From positions 15,562,001 to 15,626,000 of the forward strand of contig OX597836.1 of assembly GCA_951406725.2 (NCBI GenBank): a DNA stretch of 64,000 bases, written 5' to 3'. Made by a program: the position numbers and the translations under genes. This DNA is from Octopus vulgaris. Taxonomy: Eukaryota. This document shows, piece by piece, positions 1 through 12,072 of the stretch (positions within the stretch are counted from its first letter, which is position 1; each line of letters starts with the position of its first letter). Below the pieces are notes generated by a model. It did no database searches, was not told where the DNA came from, and saw only the letters and a program-made list of their open reading frames with translations.

Positions 1-82
1 TTGGTTGATAACCGATGAATGGTTGAGCAGATCTCCATCTGTTGTGTTTCCTCTTTTCTCTCTTTCTGTATGTTGTTTTGAT

Positions 83-402
83 TGGCACGTAAGAGAACCG
101 TCCGAACGTGGCCGTTGCCAGTGCCGCCCCGACTGGCCTCCGTGCCGGTGGCATGTAAAAAGCACCATCCGATCGTGGCCGTTTGCCAGCCTCGTCTGGC
201 ACCTGTGCAGGTGGCACATAAAAAGCACCCACTACACACACTCTCAAAGTGGTTGGCGTTAGGAAGGGCATCCAGCTGTAGAAACACTGCCAGATCAGAC
301 TGGGCCTGGTGCAGCCTCCTGGCTTCCAAGACCCCAGTTGAACCGTCCAACCCATGCTAGCTTGGAAAACGGACGCTAAACGATGATGATGATGATGATG
401 AT
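83..402 (+). mobile_element. 3' end of RTE-type LINE (3' UTR with ~60-bp hairpin units, (TGA)n tail)
   Basis: Units of gtgccggtggcacgtaaaaagcacc, then ggttggcgttaggaagggcatccagc...aaacgatgatgatg. The same sequence is contiguous with RTE ORF ends at 18430-19465, 24650-25450 and 41140-41760. Confidence 0.75.
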
Positions 403-404
403 GT

Positions 405-600
405 ATATAACAGGAAAGTTTACGAAAATAAACAAAAGACGAAGGTAGGTAGAGTACAAACAAACAGATGTATTAGTATAGCGCTCAGGAATAGAAAAAG
501 TCTTTTACATTTCGAGCCTACGCTCTTCGACAGAAAGATACACAGAAAAAAACGAGAGAACAAAATGTGTGCAAGAGCTAACGATCTATCATGGTGTCCT
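405..600 (-). mobile_element. Penelope-like relic with variant minimal hammerhead (501-538)
   Basis: Minus strand reads tcttt-CTGTCGA-A-gagc-gtag-gctc-GAAA-TGTA-aaaga. Confidence 0.5.
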
Positions 601-939
601 GACGATATATATATATATAACTTGTGTAGGTATCAAGTTAGAGGGGTTTAATACCTCTAAGGGGTAATTAGATCCAGAGTTGCTCCTGGCTATTAGCTGG
701 GTAGGTACAGTCTTTTGTAAGATTGTACGGTAGCAAGTGGTTTGGTTGGTAAACTGGAGTTTAGGTTATATAGAAGAAAATGGATAAAATAACAATGGGA
801 AATACATGGTTTACGCTGGCATGTCTTTAAATAGGTAACAAAGAAGTAAGAAGCAGATATATATATATATATATTGATGAATAGAATTATTCTTTTCCAC
901 TCTAGGCACAAGGCCTAAAATTTTTGGGGAGGTGGCCAG

Positions 940-1338
940 TCGATTAGATTGACACCAGTATGTAACTGGTACTTAATTTATTGACCCCGAAAAGATGAAA
1001 GCGGAATCTGAACTCAGAACGTAAAGACAGACGAAATACCTCAAGGGGCTAAACACAGAGAGGACAGACAAACAGATTAAGTCGATTATATCGACCCCAG
1101 TGCGTAACTGGTACTTATTTAATCGACCCCGAAAGGATGAAAGGCAAAGTCGACCTCGGCGGAATTTGAACTCAGAACGTAATCGACCCCAGTGCGTAAC
1201 TGGTACTTATTTAATCGACCCTGAAAGGATGAAAGGCAAAGTCGACCTCGGCGGAATTTGAACTCAGAACATAACGGCAGACAAAATACTGCTGAGCATT
1301 TCACCCAGCGTGCTAACATTTCTGCCAGCTCACTGCCT
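940..1338 (-). mobile_element. tRNA-derived SINE family B, rearranged multimer
   Basis: Three partial repeats of the gagttcaaattccgccgaggtcgactttgcc body; head at ~1338. Confidence 0.8.
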
Positions 1339-2159
1339 TGTGAATAGAATTATTATATCAAGAATCTTTGGCTGAAGTTAGTCAGGAATCATGAAGTGAC
1401 ATACAATGTTGATACTTGGATTGTTTTTTTAAGATGTTTAATTCATGTATATTCACCCGGAAAAAAAAAACAAAAACATTTTTTTTTGCATGATGTAATA
1501 ACTATCTTCATCAATAAAAAAACTCGTTTGAAACAGCTGTAGGGAATGAATCAATCTCCATCTGTTGTTATTTATAAATATATATTTATAACTGGCGGAA
1601 TAAATTATCATTTTCATAAGGAAACCTGGGGTACCTTTTTTTTACAAGATTTGTGTTTTTTTATTATAAGATTATATCTTTATAAAAATGTATATGTTCA
1701 CTAAGAGATAGAGAGTATATATACCCATCATTGTATATACCTGGCATACTGTCATATGATGCTTAACTTCAAAAGTACATTTGGGGTACCATGGATAATA
1801 TCAGGGGATATAGCATAAATTCAATAATGATGAAAGTAAATACTAATTTCCTGTCTTTAAATTTTTGTTAATTAAAATCATTCGCAAGGCTTTGGTTGAC
1901 CTGGTACTGGTGTAAGAATAGAAGACACTTGCTCAAGATGCCATTCAGTGGGACTGAACCCAAAATCATGCGGTTGAAAAACAAACTTCTTAACCACACA
2001 GCCACACCTGCACCTTGTGTGTGTTTGTGTGTGTGTGTGTGTATGTTACATAAAGCATAAAAATACCAATTACATTTACTGCAATTTTTATTACTATGTG
2101 TGTGTGTATGTGTGTGTGTAACTATATTATAATACACATACATACATACATGCATGCAT

Positions 2160-2199
<40 letters not shown>

Positions 2200-2819
2200 C
2201 AAACAAAAATAACCTGTTGTTGATGTTGAAATTCCAATGAAAGAACCTGGATCTAGGTTAGAAACTGGTTCTTTCTCTTGGCATGAAATCTTGAAATAAA
2301 CTGAATAATGACATACATATATATACACACATATTTACAAAAACACATATATATACACATGCATACATATACACATACATATATACATATGTACATACAT
2401 ACACACATCCATATTTCTCATTTGTATATGAAGTTAACACAACAAATCCTTGCATTAGATCTCAGAGTCTATCCAACATTGAAATAAAATTGAGGCCACG
2501 TTTGAATAAATGAATGAATTAATTAGTTAATTAATTAAACAATTAGTTAAACTTTAAAGAGGATAAGAAGAGAATGAACAACAGTTTCTCTTACCTGATT
2601 GATGATGTTTCTTCAGTGAACTTTAGCACAAACCAGGTTGTCATACCTGTCTATCAGTATTGAGTATTGATTAAAAAAATTGGGAGGAAATGAACTCTTC
2701 CAAACTTTAAAAAACAAAAATACCTCACCTTACAAAAAACAAAACAAATAAAAAACAAACAAAAAAAAACAACACATTTTGCGTTTATTTATGCTTACGT
2801 AAATGGATACATGTATAAG

Positions 2820-2821
2820 TA

Positions 2822-2889
<68 letters not shown>

Positions 2890-2896
2890 GTATATG

Positions 2897-2957
<61 letters not shown>

Positions 2958-2962
2958 GTATA

Positions 2963-3028
<66 letters not shown>

Positions 3029-3038
3029 ATATATATAT
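2820..3038. repeat. (TA)n microsatellite
   Basis: Direct reading. Confidence 0.97.
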
Positions 3039-3260
3039 AACACATTTGTGTGTATGGATTTTTATGAACATCTATGTGTTAGTATATATACATAAGCACA
3101 CGTTTGTCTGTGATTAACAGTTGGACTTGGTGTACTGTTGGCTATCTTTGATAACTTTTAAATTATAGACTTTAGAATAAAAGATAACTTTGAGCATAAT
3201 AATCACAGAAGAAGGGTTTTTGAGTTTCTATCAAGAAACTGTGTCACCAAAGTGTTTTGC

Positions 3261-3707
3261 TAGTTTATTAGTAATGCCATCATACCTGGACGACAAATAT
3301 ATTAAGCAGAACGAGGCACTTTTTTATATATGTGTATATATGAGACAGATAGTCATGAGACTGCAGCCACGAGGGGGCACCACTTTGAAGGGGTTAATCA
3401 AACAAATTGACCCCAGTACTTTTTTTTTAAACCTGGTACTTATTTTATTGGTCTCTTTTGCCAAACCACTAAGTTACAGAGAACAAACACAGACAAATAC
3501 ACACTCACACATATGACTGGCTTCGGTCACCCTTAGCTTATTGTAGAAGACACAGTGAAACTGAACCTGAATCCACGTAACTGAGAAACAAATTTCTTAA
3601 GCACACAACATGCTTGCATCCGTCTCATATATACACATATATAAAAAAGTGCCTTGTTCTGCTTAATATATTTGTTGTCCAGGTATGATGGCATTACTAA
3701 TAAACTA
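3261..3707. repeat. Inverted duplication, ~86-bp arms (3261-3346 / 3621-3707)
   Basis: tagtttattagtaatgccatcatacctggac...atatgagac and its reverse complement. Confidence 0.85.
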
Positions 3708-3826
3708 ACAACTTTGCAGTTCAGCAAAAGAAAACGATAAAATAAGTATTAGGTTTACAAAGAATCAGTCCTGGGGTTGATTTCTTCAACTGAAGCCTGT
3801 TAAGGCGGTGCTCCAGTCTTTTATTC

Positions 3827-4447
3827 ATGTGGTAAGTAGCTTGCTTACCAGCCACATGGTTCCGGGTTCATTCCCACTGCATGGCACCTTGGGCAAATGT
3901 CTTCTACTATAGCCTCGGGCTGACCAAAGCCTTGTGAGTGGATTTGGCAGGCGGAAACTGAAAGAAACCTGTCGTATATATGTATATATATATATATATG
4001 TATGTAAGGCGGCGAGCTGGCAGAAACGTTAGCACACTGGGCGAAATGCGTAGCTGTATTTCGTCTGCCGTTACGTTCTGAGTTCAAATTCCGCCAAGGT
4101 CGACTTTGCCTTTCATCCTTTCGGGGTCGATAAATTAAGTACCAGTTATGCACTGAGGTCGACGTAATCCGTTTGTCTGTCCTTATTTGTCTCCTCTGTG
4201 TGTAGCCCCTTGTGGGTAGTAAAGAAATATATATATGTATGTGTGTGTATATGTTTGTGTGTCTGTGTTTGTCCCCCCAACATCGCTTGACAACCGATGC
4301 TGGTGTGTTTACGTCCCCGTAACTTAGTGGTTCGGCAAAAGAAACCGATAGAATAATTACTAGGCTTCCGAAGAATAAGTCCTAGGGTAGATTTGCTCGA
4401 TGAAAGGCGGTGCTCCAGCATGGCCACAGTCAAATGACTGAAACAAG
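3827..4447 (+). mobile_element. SINE family A with a full SINE family B copy (4008-4229) nested in its (TA) tract
   Basis: Family A 5' and 3' halves flank ggcggcgagctggcagaaacg...aaagaaata. Confidence 0.85.
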
Positions 4448-4807
4448 TTTAAAAAAATTTAACCTTAGAAACATAAGTAAGGAATAACTTTAACAAAACC
4501 AGGAATTCCCTTAATCAAGGAAGTAGTAATTCTAGTCAAGTTAACAGTTCCTCATGGATGCTTGAAAGATTGACTAGTATAAAAACCTCCTTGAGGAATT
4601 TGAAGACGCAGGATGGAAAGCCGAGCATTTTCCAATTGAAGTTTGATGTAGAGGATTCATTAGACACTCTGAAGCAATTGTTGTTGACACATCATAAGCA
4701 AATGACCACCATGAGTGATAACCAGACTACAGTGAAGAAGGCAAGCAACTGGCTTTGGTTAAAAAGAGATGGTGTGCAATGGCTAGAAGAACATTGAGCA
4801 AAACCTT

Positions 4808-5252
4808 ATTTCTTTACTATCCACAAGGGGCTAAACACAGAGGGGACAAACGGATTAAGTCGATTATATCAACCCCAGTGCATAACTGGTACTTATTTAA
4901 TCGACCCCAGTGCGTAACTGGTACTTATTTAATCGACCCCCAGTGTGTAACTGGTACTTATTTAATCGACCCCAGTGCGTAACTGGTACTTATTTAATCG
5001 ACCCCAGTGCGTAACTGATACTTATTTAACCGACTCCAGTGCATAACTGGTACTTATTTAATCGACTCCAGTGCATAACTGGTACTTATTTAATCGACCC
5101 CCAGTGCATAACTGGTACTTATTTAATCGACCCCTGAATGGATGAAAGGCAAAGTCGACCTCAGCGGAATTTGAACTCAGAATGTAACGGCAGACGAAAA
5201 TACCGCTAAGCATTTCGCCCGGCATGCTAACGTTTCTGCCAGCTCGCCGCCT
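4808..5252 (-). mobile_element. SINE family B with internal ~32-bp tandem array (~8 units, 4873-5134)
   Basis: ccccagtgcgtaactggtacttatttaatcga repeated head-to-tail. Confidence 0.88.
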
Positions 5253-6072
5253 TCATTGAGCAAAACCTAGTAACCAGTTTATGTAGGGCCTCATTTTAGT
5301 GGGGAGGAGGGAGGAGGCAGTGCACATTGATATGCTGTTGAGAGGAAGGCCCCAAAATGGCCTGCATTCTCTCTTGATCCCATAAGCTTGCTAGCATTCA
5401 GTATGTGGAGGTTTCAACTGGTAGCACTTGCATCTGCAAGTTGTTTGCAAACAGAAGTTTTTATCTCTCCGGCCCCACTCCTCTGTTACTCCCGCTCACT
5501 CTTCAATAATGTGAACAGTCATGCGGCCATTCACAGCAAGAAATATGTTCTGTCTTGGCTCCTTCTTTTAGACTCTACCCCTTATCTCTTAGCATATAGG
5601 TGCCACCCTCTCTATTGTGACCTCACTCAGTTGAAGATGATCTTAGTATTGTAAGCTGCGTGGCAACCTCGCCAGAGCTGGTGTCACGAGAAAAGCATTC
5701 AGTATATACTCAGGTATTAAGTCGATTACATCGACCCCAGTGCGTAACTGGTACTTAATTTATCGACCCCGAAAGGATGAAAGGTAAAGTCGACCTCGGC
5801 GGAATTTGAACTCACAATGTAACGGCAGACGAAATACCGCTGAGCATTTCGCCTGACGTGCTAATGTTCCTGCCAGCTCGCCGCCTTTGCAGCATCCAGT
5901 ATATACTGCAAAGTGGTTGGTGTTAAGAATGGAATCCAGTTGTAATAAACTATGCCAAAGCATTTACAGGAGTACAATGCAGTCCTTGGGACCGTTGCAT
6001 CCTGTTAAACTATACAACCAATGCCAACATGGACTGTACATTTTATAATGTATATATGTGTGTGTATATGTA

Positions 6073-6437
6073 TGAGTGGCTGTGTGGTAAGTAGCTTGTT
6101 TACCAACCACATGGTTCCGGGTTCAGTCCCACTGCGTGGCACCTTGGGCAAGTGTCTTCTACTATAGCCTCGGGCCGACCAAAGCCCGTCGTATATATAT
6201 ATATATATATATATGCGTGTGTGTGTTTGTGTGTCTGTGTTTGTCCCCCTAGCATTGCTTGACAACCGATGCTGGTGTGTTTATGTCCCTGTTATTTAGC
6301 GGTTCGGCAAAAGAGACCGATAGAATAAGTTCCGGGTCGAGTTGCTCGATTCAAGAATAAGATCCGGGTCAAGTTGCTCGATTAAAGGCGGTGCTCCAGC
6401 ATGGCCGCAGTCAAATGACTGAAACAAGTAAAAGAGT
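6073..6437 (+). mobile_element. SINE family A (tRNA head, internal TA/TG microsatellite, (AAAGAGT)n-like tail)
   Basis: tggctgtgtggtaag A-box and gggttcagtccc B-box; more than 12 further copies in the window. Confidence 0.85.
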
Positions 6438-6752
6438 ATGTATGTAATACATATCTGTGTGTGTGTGTGTGTATAATAAAGCTTTCAGTAGGAAAATATA
6501 CTCTTAGTATAATTATCTAATCTAAACCTCACTTGACTTATATGATGTGTGTGCGTGTGTGTGTAGGCATGTATGTATGTCTTTGTAAGTACATTATCAC
6601 AATGCGTGTAGCAGTGTTGATAAGTCCATCACACCTGTACAACACAACCTTTGTTCCTCCTCATTGGTGTTTGTCTTTTGGCCCTCCTTACACACCTAAA
6701 TCGTCATTCTTTACAAAGAAAATAAAAACAAAACCCACAGTAAATAACAATT

Positions 6753-6758
6753 ATGCAG
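6753..6758 (+). CDS. Membrane-protein gene exon 1, coding part (MQ)
   Basis: ATG CAG|gttagt donor; phase 0 fits exon 2. An alternative in-frame ATG at 9093 is possible. Confidence 0.55.
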
Positions 6759-7511
6759 GTTAGTGGATTTGAATGTTTTTTAAAGTCTTTCACATTTAAC
6801 CATTTTGTTCTCATCTTCTCATATTTTTTTTTATTAATCTTCGTTCGTTATCATTTGTCGCAATTGTTTTGTCTCTTAACAACCATGATGATGGAGACCC
6901 TTAAAAATCAAAAGCAGTCCATCTGTGACGATCTGGTTTTGGTTCATTGTTTTTCAAGGGTTGCCAGAGAAGGTCTATGTGATCTAATGGATGGTTTCCC
7001 AACCATTTTCTTCATGAAGAATCCTTGAAATTCATTCGATATCTCAGGATACTCTCTAAAAGAAATTATTATTATATTTAATGATACGCCTTTTTTTTCC
7101 CCAAAAAATTTTTTAAATATCACCCCTGGCCCTATATATAAAATGTGGCCTCCCATAAGCTTTAATGCCTTCAATACATTTTTCCTTGGATCTTCACTGC
7201 TGAAATTTGGGGTGGGTCTGTGTATCTTTTATGCCATCAAATATGGTACACACACACACACATACATGCACACACATTTATATATTTATATATGTGTATA
7301 ATTATGTATATATATATATATATTTATATATCTATATAGATATGTATATATTTATCTATATATTTAGATGTATATATTTATGTACGTATGTGTATATATT
7401 CTTTTATTTTTTTATTCTTTTACTTGTTTCAATCATTTGACTGTGGCCATGCTGGAGTACCGCCTTAAGTATTAGTTGTCATCCCCAGTGGGATGTATGT
7501 TCATATATATT

Positions 7512-7545
<34 letters not shown>

Positions 7546-10500
7546 TAAACTCTTTAACTAGTTTCAGCTCAAAAACTGCGGTCATGCTGGAGCACCACCA
7601 TTGGTTTTGTTACATCTTCATTATTTGAAACTGCCCCTGATATATGACATTTGGTGAATGAGGGAGAGTTTGATGCTGTTGCCCTCATCTGTGTTTCCTG
7701 TCTTGGGATAGGCTCATCTGAGTCCCTTGACAGGATGAGATCCAGTTTTGTTTTAGAGACACATACATCCAAAACATGCCATTACATTCTGAGTTCAAAT
7801 TCCGCCGAGGTCGACTTTGCCTTTCATCCTTTCGGGGGTCGATAAATTAAGTACCAGTTACGCACTGGGGGTCGATGTAATCGACTTAATCCCTTTGTCT
7901 GTCCTTGTTTGTCGCCTCTGTTTAGCCCCTTGTGGGGGGTAATAAAGAAATAGGTATTTCGTCTGTCGTTACGTTCCGAGTTCAAATTCGCCGAGGTCGA
8001 CTTTGCCTTTCATCCTTTCGGGGGTCGATAAATTAAGTACCAGTTACGCACTGGGGGTCGATGTAATCGACTTAATCCCTTTGTCTGTCCCTTTTGTCCC
8101 CTGTATGTTTAGCCCCTTGTGGGTAGTAAAGAAATAGGTATTTCGTCTGCTGTTACGTTCTGAGTTCAAATTCCACCGAGGTCGACTTTGCCTTTCATCC
8201 TTTCGGGGGTTGATAAATTAAGTACCAGTTACGCACTGGGGGTCGATGTAATCGACTTAATCCCTTTGTCTGTCCTTGTTTGTCGCCTCTGTGTTTAGCC
8301 CCTTGTGGGGGGTAATAAAGAAATAGGTATTTCGTCTGTCGTTACGTTCTGAGTTCAAATTCCGCCGAGGTCGACTTTGCCTTTCATCCTTTCGGGGGTC
8401 GATAAATTAAGTACCAGTTACGCACTGGGGTCGATGTAATCGACTTAATCCCTTTGTCTGTCCTTGTTTGTCGCCTCTGTGTTTAGCCCCTTGTGGGGGG
8501 TAATAAAGAAATAGGTATTTCGTCTGTCGTTACGTTCCGAGTTCAAATTCCGCCGAGGTCGACTTTGCCTTTCATCCTTTCGGGGGTCGATAAATTAAGT
8601 ACCAGTTACGCACTGGGGGTCGATGTAATCAACTTAATCCGTTTGTCTGTCCCTGTTTGTCCCCTGTATGTTTAGCCCCTTGTGGGTAGTAAAGAAATAG
8701 GTATTTCGTCTGCTGTTACGTTCTGAGTTCAAATTGCACCAAGGTCGACTTTGCCTTTCATCCTTTCGGGGTTGATAAATTAAGTACCAGTTATGCACTG
8801 GGGTCAATGTAATCAACTTAATCCATTTGTCTGTCCTTGTTTGTCCCCTCTATGTTTAGCCCTTTGTGGGTAGTAAAGAAATAGGTATTTCATCTGCCGT
8901 TACATCCTGAGTTCAAATTCCACCGAGGTCGATTTTGCCTTTCATCCTTACGGGGTCAATAAATTAAGTACCAGTTACGCACTGGGGTCGATGTAATCGC
9001 CTTAATCCGTTTGTCTGTCCTTGTTTGTCCCCTCTGTGTTTAGCCCCTTGTGGGCAATAAAGAAATAAGGAACAGCAGCAACAATAACAACAATGCTAAT
9101 ACAATTCAATGTGGTGTTGCATTCCCAGGTCTTGAAAAGAAGTCGTTTCTTTCCTGTGTCTCTGCTGCTCATTGTTCTTCTCTGTGATGTCACTGAAGCA
9201 GGTAAAGGTAAGCGAAATCCATTCACCTCGCTTTACAATGACCATTGTACTGAAGCACCACCACCGCAGCAATCACCATCACAACAACCATTACCATCAT
9301 AATTATCATCATCATCATCATCATCGTCATCATCACCATCGTCATCATCACCATCGCTGTCACTAACACTGCCACTACCACCATCACAATTGCCAACACC
9401 ACCACCACCACCACTACCACTGTCACTACTCCTGCCACTACTTCTACAACCACTACTGCCACTAACACCATTAGGACTACTATCATCATTACCATCTCCA
9501 CTGCTGCTGCCGCCGCCGCCATGACCGCCCCCACCACCACCTCCTTCACCACCACAACTATCATCATCACTGTCACCACCACCACCACCACCACCAGTTG
9601 CTATTTCTGTCTTTCTGCCACCCTCTGGAATTAAATGTAAACATTATGTATGGATACAGACAGTTGCATATAGAAGAGCCAATTACTTAAAGTGGATGGA
9701 ACTTATGAAAGTGGGAGACCCAGGAAGCCAAGGGATGAAGTAATGAAGACTGATCTCTAGACACTGACCCTTACGAAGGAAATGGCTAAGGGCTGAGATA
9801 TTTGGTCCCTTGCTGTACTCAAGAAGACCTATCTATCACAGCAGAATCAGTACTGGTGCTGTAAGGTACACTTATAGAAATGTATAAGTACCCTTATCAT
9901 AGGGTACCCTATTGTAAGAAAACCTTTATTTCTTGTACACCCTGCCACACAAATACACCACATGATGCTCTTACAAAAGAGAACCTGTAAGGTACCCTTA
10001 CAGAAATGTATAAGTACCCTTATCATAGGGTACCCTATTGTAAGAAAACCTTTATTTCTTGTACACCCATCATCATCATCATTGTTCAACCGTGGTCGAG
10101 ACAATGGAATTTACCATGCTACGCCAGACTTCACGGTCCATCATGGCATTACGGAGGTCCTGTTGCTGGATGCCTGTATCCCTGGAGATTACATCAGGGT
10201 AGGAGAGTGTGCGCCCTCTGATATTGCGAGTAGATGGCTTCCAGAGGCGGAGAGTAGAAATTACCTCTTTTTCAGCTCTACAACAATGTCCAGCAAACTG
10301 GATTCTCCTACCTTTCACAAGAGATGACACAGGTGGTAGTTTCCCATATATTTGCATTTTGGTTGGATGACACTTCCACGAGAGATTTTGAGCTCTCATA
10401 AGGAGGCGAGTGTAGGTTCCATCCAACTGCCTCTCAAGCTTCTTTGATAACATCCAGGTTTCTGAGCCATATAGTAGAATTGGTTCGACTGTGGCTTTGA

Positions 10501-11181
10501 AGATTTCAAGTTTGAAGTCTCTACTTAGATTTGATGACCAGATCTTATGCATGTCATGTACTTGTACACCCAGCCACACACATACACCACATGGTCCTGA
10601 TTTGATTTATCACTTTCTCTTTTATTTCCCAGGAATACCATTTAGCTTTACAGTGCCAACAACATATTCTTTGCGAGTTGAAGAAACTGAATATGGCAAA
10701 ACCAAGTTGGGAAACTATATGAAATATTACGACCATGATGTGCATATGATGTCAATATGGCGTTCGAATAAAGAGTGGGTGTTTGAATCTCTCTTTGATT
10801 TTATTCACAATATGTTTGTTAAGGTGGAAATGAAGTTAAAAACAAGAAGTAAGCTTGCTTATTTTCAAAGATTTTTTCCCTCTTATATTCTTTCTGTTTT
10901 CCTGCGTTTTTCTGTCTCTGTCTGTCTGTCACCCCTTGTCCCCACCTCACCCTTTATCTACTACTGTTCATTATGTCCACCCTACAACCCTACCCAAACT
11001 CTACAGTTGTCATCTATTCTTGATCTCCATCACTACAGCTTGGCACCTGTAACGTCGCAACCCATTTCTACAGCTGAGTGAATTGGAGCAACGTGAAATA
11101 AAGTGTCTTGCTCAAGAACGCAACACGCAGCCATGTCCATGCCTATCTATCTATCTATCTATTATCTATCTATCTATCCAT

Positions 11182-11218
<37 letters not shown>

Positions 11219-11304
11219 CTTCTATCTATCTATCTATCAATCTGTCTGTCTGTCTATCTATCTATTTATCTATCTAACTATCTATCTATCAATCTATCTA
11301 TCTA

Positions 11305-11337
<33 letters not shown>

Positions 11338-11364
11338 TTATCTATCTATCAATCTATCTATCTA

Positions 11365-11395
<31 letters not shown>

Positions 11396-11430
11396 GCATG
11401 CCTGCCTGTCTGTCCATCCATCTGTCTCTT

Positions 11431-11461
<31 letters not shown>

Positions 11462-12033
11462 TCTCTCTCTTCTCTCTCCCCCTCTCATTGTTTTCTCCTC
11501 CTCCTCACCATCATAATCATTGTGATCATTCTTCTTCATTTTTCTCTGCTTTCAGCGAGTGTGTGTCCCGTGGACTTCAATCTGACGGTTTCTCCAAAAC
11601 GGTTCGACAGTGATTTCACATTGAAGAAGGGAGGCCTAATTGACATAGCATCGCCATCCGCCTCTCTTATGATGAATGGTGACTATGATTATACCTTCTT
11701 GGGTCGCTCGACTATCCGGGGAATTAACTGCAAAACCTGGTCAACTAAGAAACTGATAGACACTGATGAAGTGGTGTCCGCTAATGTGTCTTTTACTGGT
11801 ATTTACTATTTTACTCTTTACTCTTTTACTCTTTTACTTGTTTCAGTCATTTGACTGCGGCCATGCTGGAGCACCACCTTTAATCGAGCAGCTCGACCCC
11901 GGGACTTATTCTTTTTTGTAAGCCCAGTACTTATTCTATCGGTCTCTTTTTGCCGAACCGCTAAGTAACGGGGACATAAACACACCAGCATCGGTTGTCA
12001 AGCAATGCTAGGGGGACAAACACAGACACACAA

Positions 12034-12072
<39 letters not shown>

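Noticed and set aside
4558-4797. 79-aa ORF resembling a coiled-coil protein
   Set aside because: No convincing splice sites or recognisable family; it is truncated by a SINE and is probably a decayed retroelement fragment.
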